Below are positions 40,595-50,453 of a stretch of DNA of 56,739 nucleotides, one piece after another; positions within the stretch are counted from its first letter, which is position 1; each line of letters starts with the position of its first letter. The position numbers and the translations under genes were made by a program. Source of the DNA: Dehalococcoidia bacterium (GTDB lineage Bacteria > Chloroflexota > Dehalococcoidia > GIF9 > AB-539-J10); contig JBEKTM010000004.1 in assembly GCA_049516035.1 (NCBI GenBank), positions 1 to 56,739 of the forward strand. Reading direction: 5' to 3'. The notes under the pieces were generated by a model that saw only the letters and a list, made by a program, of their open reading frames with translations, ran no database searches and was not told where the DNA came from.

Positions 40595-41683
40595 TTAACC
40601 TTTCACTTTACGAGCAATCAAATCTCCCATCTCTTTCGTGCCTACCTTGGATTTACCTTCCGACATTATATCGTAAGTTCTATAACCTTGCTCCAGTGTA
40701 GCGAGGACAGCATTCTCCACAGTCTGTGCTTCAGTTTCCAGCGCAAAGGAATAGCGCAGCATCATAGCTACGCTCAAGATAGTGGCAATAGGATTAGCCA
40801 GGTTTTGGCCCGCTCGACTGGGAGCGCTGCCATGAATTGGCTCATACATGCCGAAGGTTCTACCTTTGGGAATCCCTGCCAGGCTAGCCGAAGGAAGCAT
40901 GCCCATGGAGCCAGCCAGCATAGAAGCTTCATCTGTGAGGATGTCGCCAAACATGTTTTCCGTAACCAGAACATCAAATTCACTAGGACGCTGAATAAAC
41001 CTCATAGCGCAGGCATCAACCAGCATATGCTGAAGTTCAATATCAGGATAATCGGCGGAAATTTCTATGGCAATCTGCCGCCATAGCCGGGATGACTGGA
41101 GAACATTGGCTTTATCTACCGAAGTTAGCCTCTTCCGGCGGCTGCGAGCCAGTTCAAAGCCCACTTTCAATATGCGCTCAATCTCTACCTCAGAATAAGC
41201 CAGGGTATCAACGGCCTGCCTTCCCTTCGGAGTTCGCCACTGTTTCTTGGGCTGACCAAAGTAAAGTCCGCCGGTAAGTTCTCTAACCACCACTAAGTCC
41301 ACTCCCTTAACCACCTCCGGCTTGAGATTAGTGGAATTCACCAGCATCGGGAAAATTTTCACGGGGCGCAAATTAGCAAACAGTTCCAGCCCTTTGCGCA
41401 AAGCCAGAAGTCCGTCCTCAGGGTGGATTTTGGCTTGCGGGTCATCCCATTTAGAGCCACCAACTGCACCGAGCAGCACGGCATCACATTGCCTGCACAT
41501 CTTCAAAGTCTCATCACTGAGGGCTGTGCCCAGAGTATCTATAGCAACGCCACCTATGAGACCATCATGGAAGTGAAAGCTATGCCCGAATTTCTCACCC
41601 ACGGTCTGCAAAACTCTTAGCGCCTGGGCTATTACCTCAGGCCCGATGCCATCGCCAGGCAAAACTGTTATGCTAAATTCCAT
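40595..41683 (-). CDS. leuB: 3-isopropylmalate dehydrogenase
   Basis: ITVLPGDGIGPEV, NLRP, VVRELTGGLYFG, NMFGDILTDEASMLAGSMGMLPSASL, EPIHGSAP. Confidence 0.92.
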   Translation of the reverse strand: MEFSITVLPGDGIGPEVIAQALRVLQTVGEKFGHSFHFHDGLIGGVAIDTLGTALSDETLKMCRQCDAVLLGAVGGSKWDDPQAKIHPEDGLLALRKGLELFANLRPVKIFPMLVNSTNLKPEVVKGVDLVVVRELTGGLYFGQPKKQWRTPKGRQAVDTLAYSEVEIERILKVGFELARSRRKRLTSVDKANVLQSSRLWRQIAIEISADYPDIELQHMLVDACAMRFIQRPSEFDVLVTENMFGDILTDEASMLAGSMGMLPSASLAGIPKGRTFGMYEPIHGSAPSRAGQNLANPIATILSVAMMLRYSFALETEAQTVENAVLATLEQGYRTYDIMSEGKSKVGTKEMGDLIARKVKG

Positions 41684-41929
41684 ACTATCTACCTCTTCAA
41701 TTCAGCCTTAGTATATTCTTCCCCTAAAATTTCTTAATTATATATTCGCTTTGCCTTCTTTCGCTAGCGGAGGATACTCACACACTTGCTAAGTGATTAT
41801 GTCAACTCCACTTCCCTTGAGCAAGGGGCAAGTCTATTGGCTTTTCCCAGGGAGAGAGAAAAGGGGGTTGTGACTTGGACGTTTTGTTTCCTAGCTCCGA
41901 ATAAAAATACACTGGCCAATACTCATAAA

Positions 41930-42550
41930 CTAAGTCTTACCGCTCCAAGCAGGCATCCTTGCCATACGTTCTTTGACTGCGCCCTCGGCAGTTTTTCTGT
42001 CCATCTTCTGAGACATCATCATAAAGTTGACCATGCCCTCAAACACCTCTTTATAGCTTTTGAGGCTGCCATCCGGTTTCGAACAGTATACGCAGTATAA
42101 GTTCTCAGGCTTTCCTCCCCCAAAATCTTCAGACTTAGTCATGGGCATGCCACAGCTCATACAGCTTTTAACAGCCTTGGAGACCTGGTTAAACGTCAAC
42201 TTATATCCGTTAATATCCTCGACTGTAAAGTCCCTGATGCCATACGGCTCGTCTTTTATGTCAACTACAACCTTAACGCCTTTATTTTTCAATTCTCTGT
42301 AATATTCATCAATATCCCCATCAATTTGCAAATACAAATTCACACCAGTGCCCAGTCTTTGTTTACTGCCAATACCCACATTTTTAGCCGGTATGAACAT
42401 GAGAACCATCCCATCCTTAGATAGGTCGACATACTCTGGGTTGTCAGCGTCAGGGAAAGCCATTCCTATCTTAAATCTCAGGGAATCTCTGTAGAATTGA
42501 ATCGTTTGCTTCATATTTCTTACAGCTAACGTCGGAGAAATATAACTCAT
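41930..42550 (-). CDS. VOC (glyoxalase/bleomycin-resistance fold) protein fused to a C-terminal zinc-ribbon domain
   Basis: N-terminal glyoxalase-like fold (FYRDSLRFKI...). C-terminal CMSCGMP...YCVYC four-Cys ribbon. Start moved to ATG 42550 (AAGGAGG 8 nt upstream). Confidence 0.65.
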   Translation of the reverse strand: MSYISPTLAVRNMKQTIQFYRDSLRFKIGMAFPDADNPEYVDLSKDGMVLMFIPAKNVGIGSKQRLGTGVNLYLQIDGDIDEYYRELKNKGVKVVVDIKDEPYGIRDFTVEDINGYKLTFNQVSKAVKSCMSCGMPMTKSEDFGGGKPENLYCVYCSKPDGSLKSYKEVFEGMVNFMMMSQKMDRKTAEGAVKERMARMPAWSGKT

Positions 42551-42706
42551 TTTTAACCTCCTTAGTTTTTTCACTTCCCATATTACACCATTAATTTAGT
42601 TTCAGGCTCACAAACGCTTTATTCAGACAACGATGTTGTTAGTTATAAAGTATGCACAAGGCAGATTTAGCTAAGCAAGAGTTCCGAAGTCACCAGAATC
42701 TAATAG

Positions 42707-43141
42707 TCACCAATACCTTTTTCCCTCAAGGAAGCTACCAACACCTGCTTTGTTGATTTTCCTTAAATTCTTTATATGAGCATCTCCATGAACTGGCTTT
42801 AGGAAGTCTAATTTTTCACATGTTTCAAATTCATCGCATTCCCAACAGCCATCAATACCTTTCTTCTGGCAACATTTTCTCACTTGACAGAAAGACGGGC
42901 CGTCACCACCTTTGCAGACATCTTTGCATCTTAATCTAACCAGTGCTCCCAAGACTTCATAACATTCCTTATAATGTTGGAATTCCTTAAAGGGGATCCC
43001 TTCAGCTACTCTATCAAACTTTGCCTGCCTCAGTTCTTTTCTAAGGTCTCTGGCTAAATCGGCAATCTTTCCTTTGTAGCCAAAGCAATCTCCACAATAA
43101 AGACCACAATAGGCGATTAAGTTTCCATCTCTTTCACACAT
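42707..43141 (-). CDS. Cysteine-rich DUF3795-like protein
   Basis: CGLYCGDC...CKGG...C..RKCC...G...CWEC..F..C pattern as in DUF3795 family proteins. Confidence 0.6.
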   Translation of the reverse strand: MCERDGNLIAYCGLYCGDCFGYKGKIADLARDLRKELRQAKFDRVAEGIPFKEFQHYKECYEVLGALVRLRCKDVCKGGDGPSFCQVRKCCQKKGIDGCWECDEFETCEKLDFLKPVHGDAHIKNLRKINKAGVGSFLEGKRYW

Positions 43142-43271
43142 TCCTTTTTCTCCTTCCGTTACTTAAATTAGAGTCGATAAAGTTCTCACTATATCTGAAG
43201 TTTGCCCATCAAGACGATCCGGGGGAATCTCCACCTCTTATCTGCTGTTGAGCGACGTGTTGCCCATCTTT

Positions 43272-43847
43272 TCATTTTATCGACTTCTTAGTGTTCACCT
43301 TCAACCGTGGGATAAACATGGGTGTCCTTTTCTTATATTCAACATAATCTTCGCCCAGGCGTTTTTCTAATTCCCGTTCCTCAACTACTTTTAATTCCCA
43401 CACGTTAAACAGAATAAATAACGGAGTGAATATAGAGACAAGGGAAATTGACCTAAGTAGAACACCGATTCCGAACAACAAGACAAACACACCCGTGACC
43501 ATGGGATTTCTGACATGGGCATAAGGGCCAGTGGTAACCAGTTTAGGTGGCGGGTTGAAAGGCACCGGCGTTCCCCTTACACCGACAAACTGCAGAATTG
43601 ACCATGCCATCAGGAACAGCCCGATAGCAAGGAGAGGCGCGGATACAATAATATTCAAAGCTGTAGAAAGGAGTTTGGGGAAGTCCAAGCATCTGTCCAC
43701 TTGAAGAGCAGCAAAAATGAATAATGCTATAAAGCCAAAAAAGAAGACTATCCCGGCAGGAGTAAGAAGATTTCGCATCTTGCGGCTGCCTGTTGCAGCC
43801 CTATAGAAAATTCCAATCAATCTTTCACGCAGACTCATAATATCCAC
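43272..43847 (-). CDS. Isoprenylcysteine carboxyl methyltransferase / phospholipid methyltransferase-family membrane protein
   Basis: LVTTGPYAHVRNPMVTG....EERELEKRLGEDYVEYKKRTPMFIP, the characteristic ICMT/PEMT C-terminal motif. Four to five TM helices. Confidence 0.75.
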   Translation of the reverse strand: MDIMSLRERLIGIFYRAATGSRKMRNLLTPAGIVFFFGFIALFIFAALQVDRCLDFPKLLSTALNIIVSAPLLAIGLFLMAWSILQFVGVRGTPVPFNPPPKLVTTGPYAHVRNPMVTGVFVLLFGIGVLLRSISLVSIFTPLFILFNVWELKVVEERELEKRLGEDYVEYKKRTPMFIPRLKVNTKKSIK

Positions 43848-43966
43848 CTCTGTTTAAGGCGGCTTTTCGGCTTTTTTCTGCCACTATGGTCTGCCAGAAT
43901 CTTTTCAGCTTCGCAAGACCCCAATTTCTCCTCTATTCACTGTTGTTCGAGATTTGCAGATTCTTT

Positions 43967-46300
43967 TCAAGAAAATATTCCCTGAACTTCAACATAGTTA
44001 ACAGTACCCATTTTGATATCTTCTTTCAAAGCATCTTTAATTTCCCCTTTTGCCGAGAAATACATGATTTGCCACCCCAATTCACAGATTCTTTCTAGCG
44101 TTTCAATCTGTCTTTGTAATCTATCAGGATCAGCTTTTATGAACGGGTCATCCATGATGAAAAACCCTTTCTTGCCTTTCAAAAGCTTTTCTCCCAGAGC
44201 GAGTCGAATAGAGAGATATAGTTGGTCATAGGCGCCTCCAGATAGCTTTTCTGCCTCCAATATCTTCCCACCCCTCCGCTTGACCTGTATTTTCATTGCT
44301 TCTTGGTTCAAGAGCACCTCTTCATAGAGCCCATTTGTTATTGCATTAAAATATTTTGAAACGGGGCTCTCAATACCGAAAAGCTCAGAAACTTTTACCG
44401 TCTCCTCTCTTTCTATTTCTTCAAAGATTTCTATGACTTTTAATGCATTGTCCTTATTATTTTCATTTTCTTGCTTAAACCTTTGAAGTTCGGTTTTAAT
44501 CACTTTCAAATCTACTGACGTCTCACAATATAACGGCTCTTTTAATCTCAGAATGTCAATCGCCTCGTGTTCCACTTCCTTCATTTCTTTTTGAAAAGAA
44601 GCAATCATGTCGTTCACCTGTCGGAGCTTCTTTACAAACTCTTCTTTTTCCCCGTCCAGTGTTGATTTAGTAGCCTCACTATACGTCATATCTTTGGCTT
44701 TATCCTTATACTCCTCAAGTCTTTGAACTTCTTCGCTCCAGTGAGCAATATTTTCTTTTAATTCTTTGCCCCTTTCCTTAAAATGACTTTTCAGAAACCT
44801 TTCCTGCTCTCTGACCGTCATTTCGCGCGCTTTCCTTAATTCAAGCTTTTCAGCGTATTTTTCTAAAGAGTCTTCTTTGGACTTTATTTTTACCCCCTGC
44901 ATCTTCTCTTCAGCATCCTTAACCCTACTTTCTATTCCTGGAATTTCTTTATCCCGGAGTCCATTAACTCTGTCTTCTAATCCTCTCTTTCCCTCTCTCA
45001 GCTCTTGTAACTCCTCGGACTTCTCCCCATATTTTTCTTCAAATTTCTGGATATTTGAACGCATCTCTTCTGGACTTTCTGCTTCAAGTTCAAATCTAGA
45101 GATGTTTACCTTTATTCTTGCGAATACTCCAGCAAGATGAGCTTTCTTTCGCGTGAACTCAAAACTCAGCCCTGCAAAGGCGATGGTTGATATTAGAAAC
45201 AATGCAAGCAGTCCGTAAGAAACAAATGAAGGACTTAGTACGACTGCCAATATCGATATTGCTAACAATACTGCCGAGGTTATTGCTGCCACTGCATAGA
45301 ACTTGTTCCTTGTTTCCTTACTCTTTACCTCTCCAAGCCCTATCTCATAGTTCCTCAACTCTGGTTTAACTTCGTCATCCAACTTTTTCTTTCTCTCTTC
45401 GAAGATTTTGAATTCTCTTTCTACCTCTCTCAACTTCCCGCCTATCTCCTGGAGTCGTTCATCTTTTTCCCGAAGATCTCTAAGATATTCTTCCTTTCGT
45501 TCGTTGTAATCTTTAATGACTTTCTCGCAATCTCTCCACAGTTGCCTGTCGTCCTCACTGTAAATCCCCAAGCCTTCGACTTCTTTTAAAGCACTGGTGA
45601 GTGCATCCAGTGCTTCTCTTCCCTTCTCGTATTCCCTTCTTTTCCTTGCATCTTCAAGATCTTTTATCTCTTGGTCAATCCTCTTTATTTCCTCACTTAG
45701 CTTTACAGATTCTTCTTCGAACTCATCGAATCTCTCTTTTTCAATCTTCCCAGCTAAAGTCTCAACCTTCTCGAGGAGCTTTTTTGCATTTTCTACTCTC
45801 GTTTTTAATCTTTCTTCTTTAGTATCTTTAAATTCACCAGTCTGCTGTGTTATTTTCCCTATCCTCTCCCTCAGCACTTCCTTGATGTTTGCGATCTCTT
45901 TGGTCCTTAAGCCAGTAAGTCGACCTGTTACATCAGTGTAAAAATCACCTTCACTAGCAATGGAGAGGTCGCTATTCCTTATTACAAAAATATTACGGCA
46001 TTCTGATGAGGTTAAATTTGAATCTGTGACTTTTGTTAAGTCTCCTTGCTCCGGCAGTTTGAATTCTTTCCCCTTGTCGTCTTCTATAATCACATAGCCT
46101 TCTGGTTTTTCCTCCACCCGATCTATACTACGGTCGAAATCCTTAATGTTTCGCCCCAATAGCAACTTCACAAGCGCATCTATTGTAAGGGTCTTACCAT
46201 CTTCATTCTTACCCCAAAATAGATTGAAATTTTGTAGTGAAATTCTCCCCGTATTTGGTAAAGGACCATAACGCATTATTGAGAATTCTTTCAGTTTCAT
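43967..46300 (-). CDS. SMC/Rad50/SbcC-like ABC ATPase with a central transmembrane hairpin (YhaN/SbcE-like)
   Basis: N-terminal Walker A GKNEDGKT, very long K/E-rich coiled coils, and two hydrophobic helices mid-protein (FYAVAAITSAVLLAISILAVVL; YGLLALFLISTIAFAGLSF). C-terminal signature LSGGAYDQLYLSIRLAL and Walker B FFIMDDPF. Confidence 0.75.
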   Translation of the reverse strand: MKLKEFSIMRYGPLPNTGRISLQNFNLFWGKNEDGKTLTIDALVKLLLGRNIKDFDRSIDRVEEKPEGYVIIEDDKGKEFKLPEQGDLTKVTDSNLTSSECRNIFVIRNSDLSIASEGDFYTDVTGRLTGLRTKEIANIKEVLRERIGKITQQTGEFKDTKEERLKTRVENAKKLLEKVETLAGKIEKERFDEFEEESVKLSEEIKRIDQEIKDLEDARKRREYEKGREALDALTSALKEVEGLGIYSEDDRQLWRDCEKVIKDYNERKEEYLRDLREKDERLQEIGGKLREVEREFKIFEERKKKLDDEVKPELRNYEIGLGEVKSKETRNKFYAVAAITSAVLLAISILAVVLSPSFVSYGLLALFLISTIAFAGLSFEFTRKKAHLAGVFARIKVNISRFELEAESPEEMRSNIQKFEEKYGEKSEELQELREGKRGLEDRVNGLRDKEIPGIESRVKDAEEKMQGVKIKSKEDSLEKYAEKLELRKAREMTVREQERFLKSHFKERGKELKENIAHWSEEVQRLEEYKDKAKDMTYSEATKSTLDGEKEEFVKKLRQVNDMIASFQKEMKEVEHEAIDILRLKEPLYCETSVDLKVIKTELQRFKQENENNKDNALKVIEIFEEIEREETVKVSELFGIESPVSKYFNAITNGLYEEVLLNQEAMKIQVKRRGGKILEAEKLSGGAYDQLYLSIRLALGEKLLKGKKGFFIMDDPFIKADPDRLQRQIETLERICELGWQIMYFSAKGEIKDALKEDIKMGTVNYVEVQGIFS

Positions 46301-47376
46301 GCTCTTGGCTTTCTCTTTGCCTCCACCATTGCTCTTATTGCCACATCACGCAGCTGTTTTTTCTTTTCTCCATCGTCACTACATTGCTCGAGTTTGCTCA
46401 TGAAGTTTTTGAACAGGTCATCTTCTAGTATTACGTGTATGTCTCTGAATTCAAAAGTCGGTTCCTTTGCACATTTCCCTTTCGTGATTTCTTTTATTTG
46501 TTTTACAAGTTCAGATTCGCTTATTCCAATCCTTTCCCCGTCGATATACCCCTTAATTGTCAAGATGATGCTTGCTTGAGGGTGAACTTTCCCAAGCCGT
46601 TCTTTAACCTCCTCTACAGGTTTTTTCTCCCCAAAAGGATCAAACTTTATAAGCACTTCCTCAAAATGATGTGTGTCAAGAAGGTATTCCTTGGGCGGGC
46701 CCCCAACTTCAAAAATATTTACCCTTCTCTGCCCAATCTCCGCTTCCGTTATCGAGATAGGCGATCCCGGATAAACAAAGTATCTTTCATTTCCTAGCTC
46801 ACGTATATCAAATTTTGAATGGAAATGTCCGGCAAGCACATAATCAATGTTCAAATCTTTGAAATAAGAAAGCCAAACTGGCATATATCTTTTTTCACCC
46901 TCGTCGCCGAAATCTCTCCTAGAAAAGAACGCATTAAGCAATTCCCCGTGATAAAGCAGGATATTTTTCTTATCTGTAGTCAAACTGTTTCTTAACAGGC
47001 GGAGCTTACTGAGAATCTTTTCCCCTTCTATAGACTCGAAAGGTAATCCCCATATCCTCACGTCTTCACATTCATCAAAGGGTTCATATAAATTCGTTAA
47101 TATAGATACATCAGCGCCAAAATACATACTACTCTGATACGACTCACTATCGTGGTTCCCTGGAATTAAAATGATTTTAAAGCCAGTGTCCGAGAAAATC
47201 TTTCGTATTTCGAGTTTTAAGTTTTCAGCATCAATATCACTATTAAAGAGATCTCCACTTATCACAAAAATCTCAACTTCTTCCTGCTTGCCAATTTCAA
47301 TTAGCTTTTGGAGTACCTTCCACCTATCGTCTTCATATGCTCTTAAGTGGATATCTGCTGTATGGAGTATCTTCAT
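46297..47376 (-). CDS. Calcineurin-like metallophosphoesterase nuclease subunit (SbcD/Mre11/YhaO-like)
   Basis: Motifs DIHL, GDLF, GNHD, GHFH in canonical order. ATGA overlap with the ATPase gene. Confidence 0.8.
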   Translation of the reverse strand: MKILHTADIHLRAYEDDRWKVLQKLIEIGKQEEVEIFVISGDLFNSDIDAENLKLEIRKIFSDTGFKIILIPGNHDSESYQSSMYFGADVSILTNLYEPFDECEDVRIWGLPFESIEGEKILSKLRLLRNSLTTDKKNILLYHGELLNAFFSRRDFGDEGEKRYMPVWLSYFKDLNIDYVLAGHFHSKFDIRELGNERYFVYPGSPISITEAEIGQRRVNIFEVGGPPKEYLLDTHHFEEVLIKFDPFGEKKPVEEVKERLGKVHPQASIILTIKGYIDGERIGISESELVKQIKEITKGKCAKEPTFEFRDIHVILEDDLFKNFMSKLEQCSDDGEKKKQLRDVAIRAMVEAKRKPRA

Positions 47377-47509
47377 TTTTACCTCTCCATGTTCCTCAGA
47401 CCCGAGAACTTCGCCCCGAGGTGAATATCGGCAGTGTGCAAAATTTTGAGCATAACCAATGTCCCTTTGCCAGGAGGGTTGTTAAAATTCTTAAACTAAG
47501 GTCCCCCTT

Positions 47510-47537
47510 GAAATTGCTTCGCTCCGCTCGTAATGAC
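47510..47537 (-). repeat. Degenerate reverse-orientation copy of the dispersed palindromic repeat
   Basis: gaaattgcttcgctccgctcgtaatgac matches the reverse complement of the 28-mer at 25 of 28 positions by hand count. It lies between the mgtC-like stop and the nuclease gene start. Confidence 0.7.
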
Positions 47538-47541
47538 CCTC

Positions 47542-47958
47542 TTAGCCACGAACCTTAGGAAGAAATAAAACACCTACGGTGACCGCGGTTGCTATAACTG
47601 AGAGCCAATACATTCCTGTCCCCGCAGCTAGACCGATAGCAGCAGCCGCCCACATGCTAGCGGCTGTGGTTAGCCCGGCTACTCCCTCTCCACGCATGCC
47701 CCGAAAGATAACGCCAGCGCAAATGAAACCAATTCCAGCTACCACTCCAGCAGCAACTCGAGAGACATCCGCTGTACCACCAGTAAACCCATATATAGAC
47801 ACCAAGGTGAAAAGGGCTGCTCCGGAGCAAACTAATATATGCGTGCGCATTCCCGCGGCCTTGCCTGCTCGCTCTCGCTGATAACCAACGGCTGCCCCCA
47901 AGCCAGCTGCCAATAAAAACCTCAATATCATTTCTAGCAAGGAATTCAAGTTCATCAC
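47542..47958 (-). CDS. MgtC/SapB-family membrane protein
   Basis: 138 aa, four TM helices, GYQRE..GK.AG.RTH.LV motif typical of the MgtC N-terminal domain. Confidence 0.75.
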   Translation of the reverse strand: MMNLNSLLEMILRFLLAAGLGAAVGYQRERAGKAAGMRTHILVCSGAALFTLVSIYGFTGGTADVSRVAAGVVAGIGFICAGVIFRGMRGEGVAGLTTAASMWAAAAIGLAAGTGMYWLSVIATAVTVGVLFLPKVRG

Positions 47959-48019
47959 CTCCGCATTTAGAATATCTCAGAGAGTTTAATTTCTAGATTC
48001 AAAATCTTTGCCTCCGACA

Positions 48020-49537
48020 CTACTTACCCTTTTTTGCCGACAGCAAACGATTCAGGGCATTCATGTACGCCTTAGTACTGGCCACAATGATATCAGTGGC
48101 AGCACCACGCCCGGTATAGGTTACACCTTCGCTCTCTATTCGTATCAAAACTTCCCCCATGGCATCAATCCCCTCGGTAACCGATTTAACGGTGAACTCC
48201 GTGAGCCTATTAGGTATCCCAACTATGCGGTTGATAGCTTTATATACAGCATCTACAGGACCTGTGCCCAGAGCAGCATCAGCCAAACTCTGACCCCCAG
48301 GACCGATGAGCCTAACTGTCGCCGTCGGGATATTATGGTCACCGCAGGAAACTTCAACATGGTCAAGATGATACACTTCGGTAACAGTGCGCAGTTCCTC
48401 GGCTATCAGCGACTCAATATCCCTATCTGTGATATCCTTTTTCTTATCCGCTAACCCCTTGAAGCCTTGAAAGGCGCGGTTTAAATCCTCTTCACTTAAA
48501 GCATAGCCAAGCTCAGATAGTCTTTCCTTGAAGGCGTGTCTGCCACTCACCTTACTCAGTACCAATGTACTTGATGGGATGCCCACCGATTTAGGGTCCA
48601 TAATTTCGTAAGTGATAGCCTTTTTGAGCACGCCATCTTGATGGATACCTGACTGATGGCGGAAGGCATTTGCCCCAATGATAGCTTTGTTAGGCTGGAC
48701 AGGAAAACCAGTCAGCTCGCTAACCAGACGACTTATCCGGTAAATTTGAGTCGTATCAATATCGGTGGTGAGGTTGAAGAAATCCTGGCGAGTTTTTAGA
48801 GCCATGACAATCTCTTCCAGAGAAGCATTGCCGGCTCTTTCACCGATGCCATTAATAGTACATTCAACCTGCCGCGCACCTGCCTTTATTGCCTCGAGAC
48901 TATTAGCCACAGCTAAACCCAAGTCATCATGACAATGCACGCTGACCACCGCCTTGTCGATGTTAGGCACATTGTCCAGTATGCCCCTGATTAAGCTGCC
49001 GAATTCCTGAGGAGTAGCATAGCCCACGGTATCGGGGATGTTAACCGTGGTTGCTCCGGCTCTGATCACTGCCTCCAGAATCTGGTAAATATAAGCAGGG
49101 TCGGCACGACTGGCATCCATCGGTGAGAATTCAACGTCGTCCAAATAACTCTTGGCTCGAGCCACCGTTTCCCTAGACATTTTCAGAACTTCATCTCGAC
49201 TTTTCTTAAGCTGGTGAGCAAGGTGAATGTCCGAGGCTGAAAGGAAAACGTGAATTCGGGGATGCTTGGCTTCTTTGACCGCCTCCCAGGCTCTGTCTAC
49301 GGCTTCAATATTGGCCAGAGATAGAGCGCAAATTGTGGGACGCTTAAGCTCCCGGGCAACAAGGCTGACAGCTTCAAAATCACCAACCGAGCTGGCAGGA
49401 AAACCCACTTCAATGACATCAACGCCCAGTTTATCCAACTGCCTGGCTATTTCCAGCTTCTCCTGGAGGTTCAAGCTCGTTCCCGCAGCTTGCTCACCAT
49501 CTCGTAAGGTAGTGTCGAAAATGATAACCTTTTCCAT
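48020..49537 (-). CDS. leuA: 2-isopropylmalate synthase
   Basis: [36 protein letters not shown], and the LeuA allosteric C-terminal domain. 505 aa. Confidence 0.92.
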   Translation of the reverse strand: MEKVIIFDTTLRDGEQAAGTSLNLQEKLEIARQLDKLGVDVIEVGFPASSVGDFEAVSLVARELKRPTICALSLANIEAVDRAWEAVKEAKHPRIHVFLSASDIHLAHQLKKSRDEVLKMSRETVARAKSYLDDVEFSPMDASRADPAYIYQILEAVIRAGATTVNIPDTVGYATPQEFGSLIRGILDNVPNIDKAVVSVHCHDDLGLAVANSLEAIKAGARQVECTINGIGERAGNASLEEIVMALKTRQDFFNLTTDIDTTQIYRISRLVSELTGFPVQPNKAIIGANAFRHQSGIHQDGVLKKAITYEIMDPKSVGIPSSTLVLSKVSGRHAFKERLSELGYALSEEDLNRAFQGFKGLADKKKDITDRDIESLIAEELRTVTEVYHLDHVEVSCGDHNIPTATVRLIGPGGQSLADAALGTGPVDAVYKAINRIVGIPNRLTEFTVKSVTEGIDAMGEVLIRIESEGVTYTGRGAATDIIVASTKAYMNALNRLLSAKKGK

Positions 49538-49660
49538 GATTCTCTCCTCTTTGAACCTCTGGCCAATTATCCCTTTTCAATATTTTCGTAAAAAGCCCGA
49601 CTATTGGCCAAAATTGCTTCTAGGTGAACACAGTGAATAGAATAAACGCCAAAGGCAAAT

Positions 49661-49690
49661 TTGTCAACGACGGTGGAATCGAGGCATAAT
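49661..49690 (+). promoter_or_regulatory. Possible sigma-70 promoter for the amidotransferase gene
   Basis: TTGTCA (49661-49666), 18 nt, CATAAT (49685-49690). GGGAGG Shine-Dalgarno at 49699-49704, ATG 49716. Confidence 0.35.
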
Positions 49691-49715
49691 TTAGTGCTGG
49701 GAGGTAAGCTTAAAA

Positions 49716-50315
49716 ATGGTACTGATAATAGACAACTACGATTCCTTTGTTTACAACCTCGCCCAATACTTGGGGGAACTGGGCTGGCAACCAGTGGTTC
49801 ACCGCAATGACCAGATTACTTTAGCTCAAATCGATGAGCTAGCCCCCAGCCACATTATCATCTCGCCAGGGCCCTGCACACCTTTAGAAGCCGGCATCTC
49901 TAACGAGACAGTGCGCCATTTCGGTGGGAAAATCCCCATACTGGGGGTGTGTTTAGGGCACCAATGCATTGGCTACGTCTATGGGGGCAAAATTGGTCGG
50001 ACATTGCCAGTCCACGGCAAGACCTCCACCATTCATCACGATGGCAAAACTGTCTATCAGGGCTTACCCAATCCTTTTCCAGCAACGCGCTACCATTCCT
50101 TAATTATCGAAGCTGAGGGGTTTCCATCCTGCCTCGAAGTCACTGCCAAAACTCCCGAAGGGATAATAATGGGGGTGAGACACCGAGATTATGTAGTGGA
50201 GGGGGTTCAGTTTCACCCCGAGTCCATCCTCACCGAAGTAGGACACGATATTTTAACCAACTTCCTTCGTTTCACCCGTCCAGTTTGGAGCGAGAAAAGT
50301 ATTCAACTAACGTGA
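49716..50315 (+). CDS. Anthranilate / aminodeoxychorismate synthase component II (class I glutamine amidotransferase, TrpG/PabA)
   Basis: IDNYDSFVYNL, ILGVCLGHQ (catalytic Cys), FHPES (His/Glu). 199 aa. Confidence 0.88.
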   Translation: MVLIIDNYDSFVYNLAQYLGELGWQPVVHRNDQITLAQIDELAPSHIIISPGPCTPLEAGISNETVRHFGGKIPILGVCLGHQCIGYVYGGKIGRTLPVHGKTSTIHHDGKTVYQGLPNPFPATRYHSLIIEAEGFPSCLEVTAKTPEGIIMGVRHRDYVVEGVQFHPESILTEVGHDILTNFLRFTRPVWSEKSIQLT

Positions 50316-50359
50316 AGCGAAGTCACTGTAAGCCTAGTCTATTGCTACCGCCGCCGACT

Positions 50360-50440
50360 GTCATTGCGAACGAAGTGAAGCAATCTCGGTGGCAGGGTAT
50401 TCGTGGGGATTGCTTCGGCACTTACGTGTCTCGCAATGAC
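50360..50440. repeat. Composite palindrome: two inverted copies of the dispersed repeat
   Basis: Left arm gtcattgcgaacgaagtgaagcaatctc (50360-50387). Right arm gggattgcttcggcacttacgtgtctcgcaatgac (50406-50440) in reverse orientation. Confidence 0.85.
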
Positions 50441-50453
50441 GAGCAGAGTTGAA

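Noticed and set aside
49538-49715. Leucine leader peptide, attenuator or T-box upstream of leuA
   Set aside because: There is no Leu-rich mini-ORF, no terminator/antiterminator pair and no T-box specifier structure visible. I noted only two TGGCCAA-containing motifs (49560-49568 and 49604-49615), which is too little to call an operator.
50403-50453. N-terminal extension MGIASALTCLAMTSRVE of the class IV aminotransferase ORF
   Set aside because: These codons are the translated right arm of the palindromic repeat. The conserved family N terminus begins at MMAEIIYLNGQ (ATG 50454).
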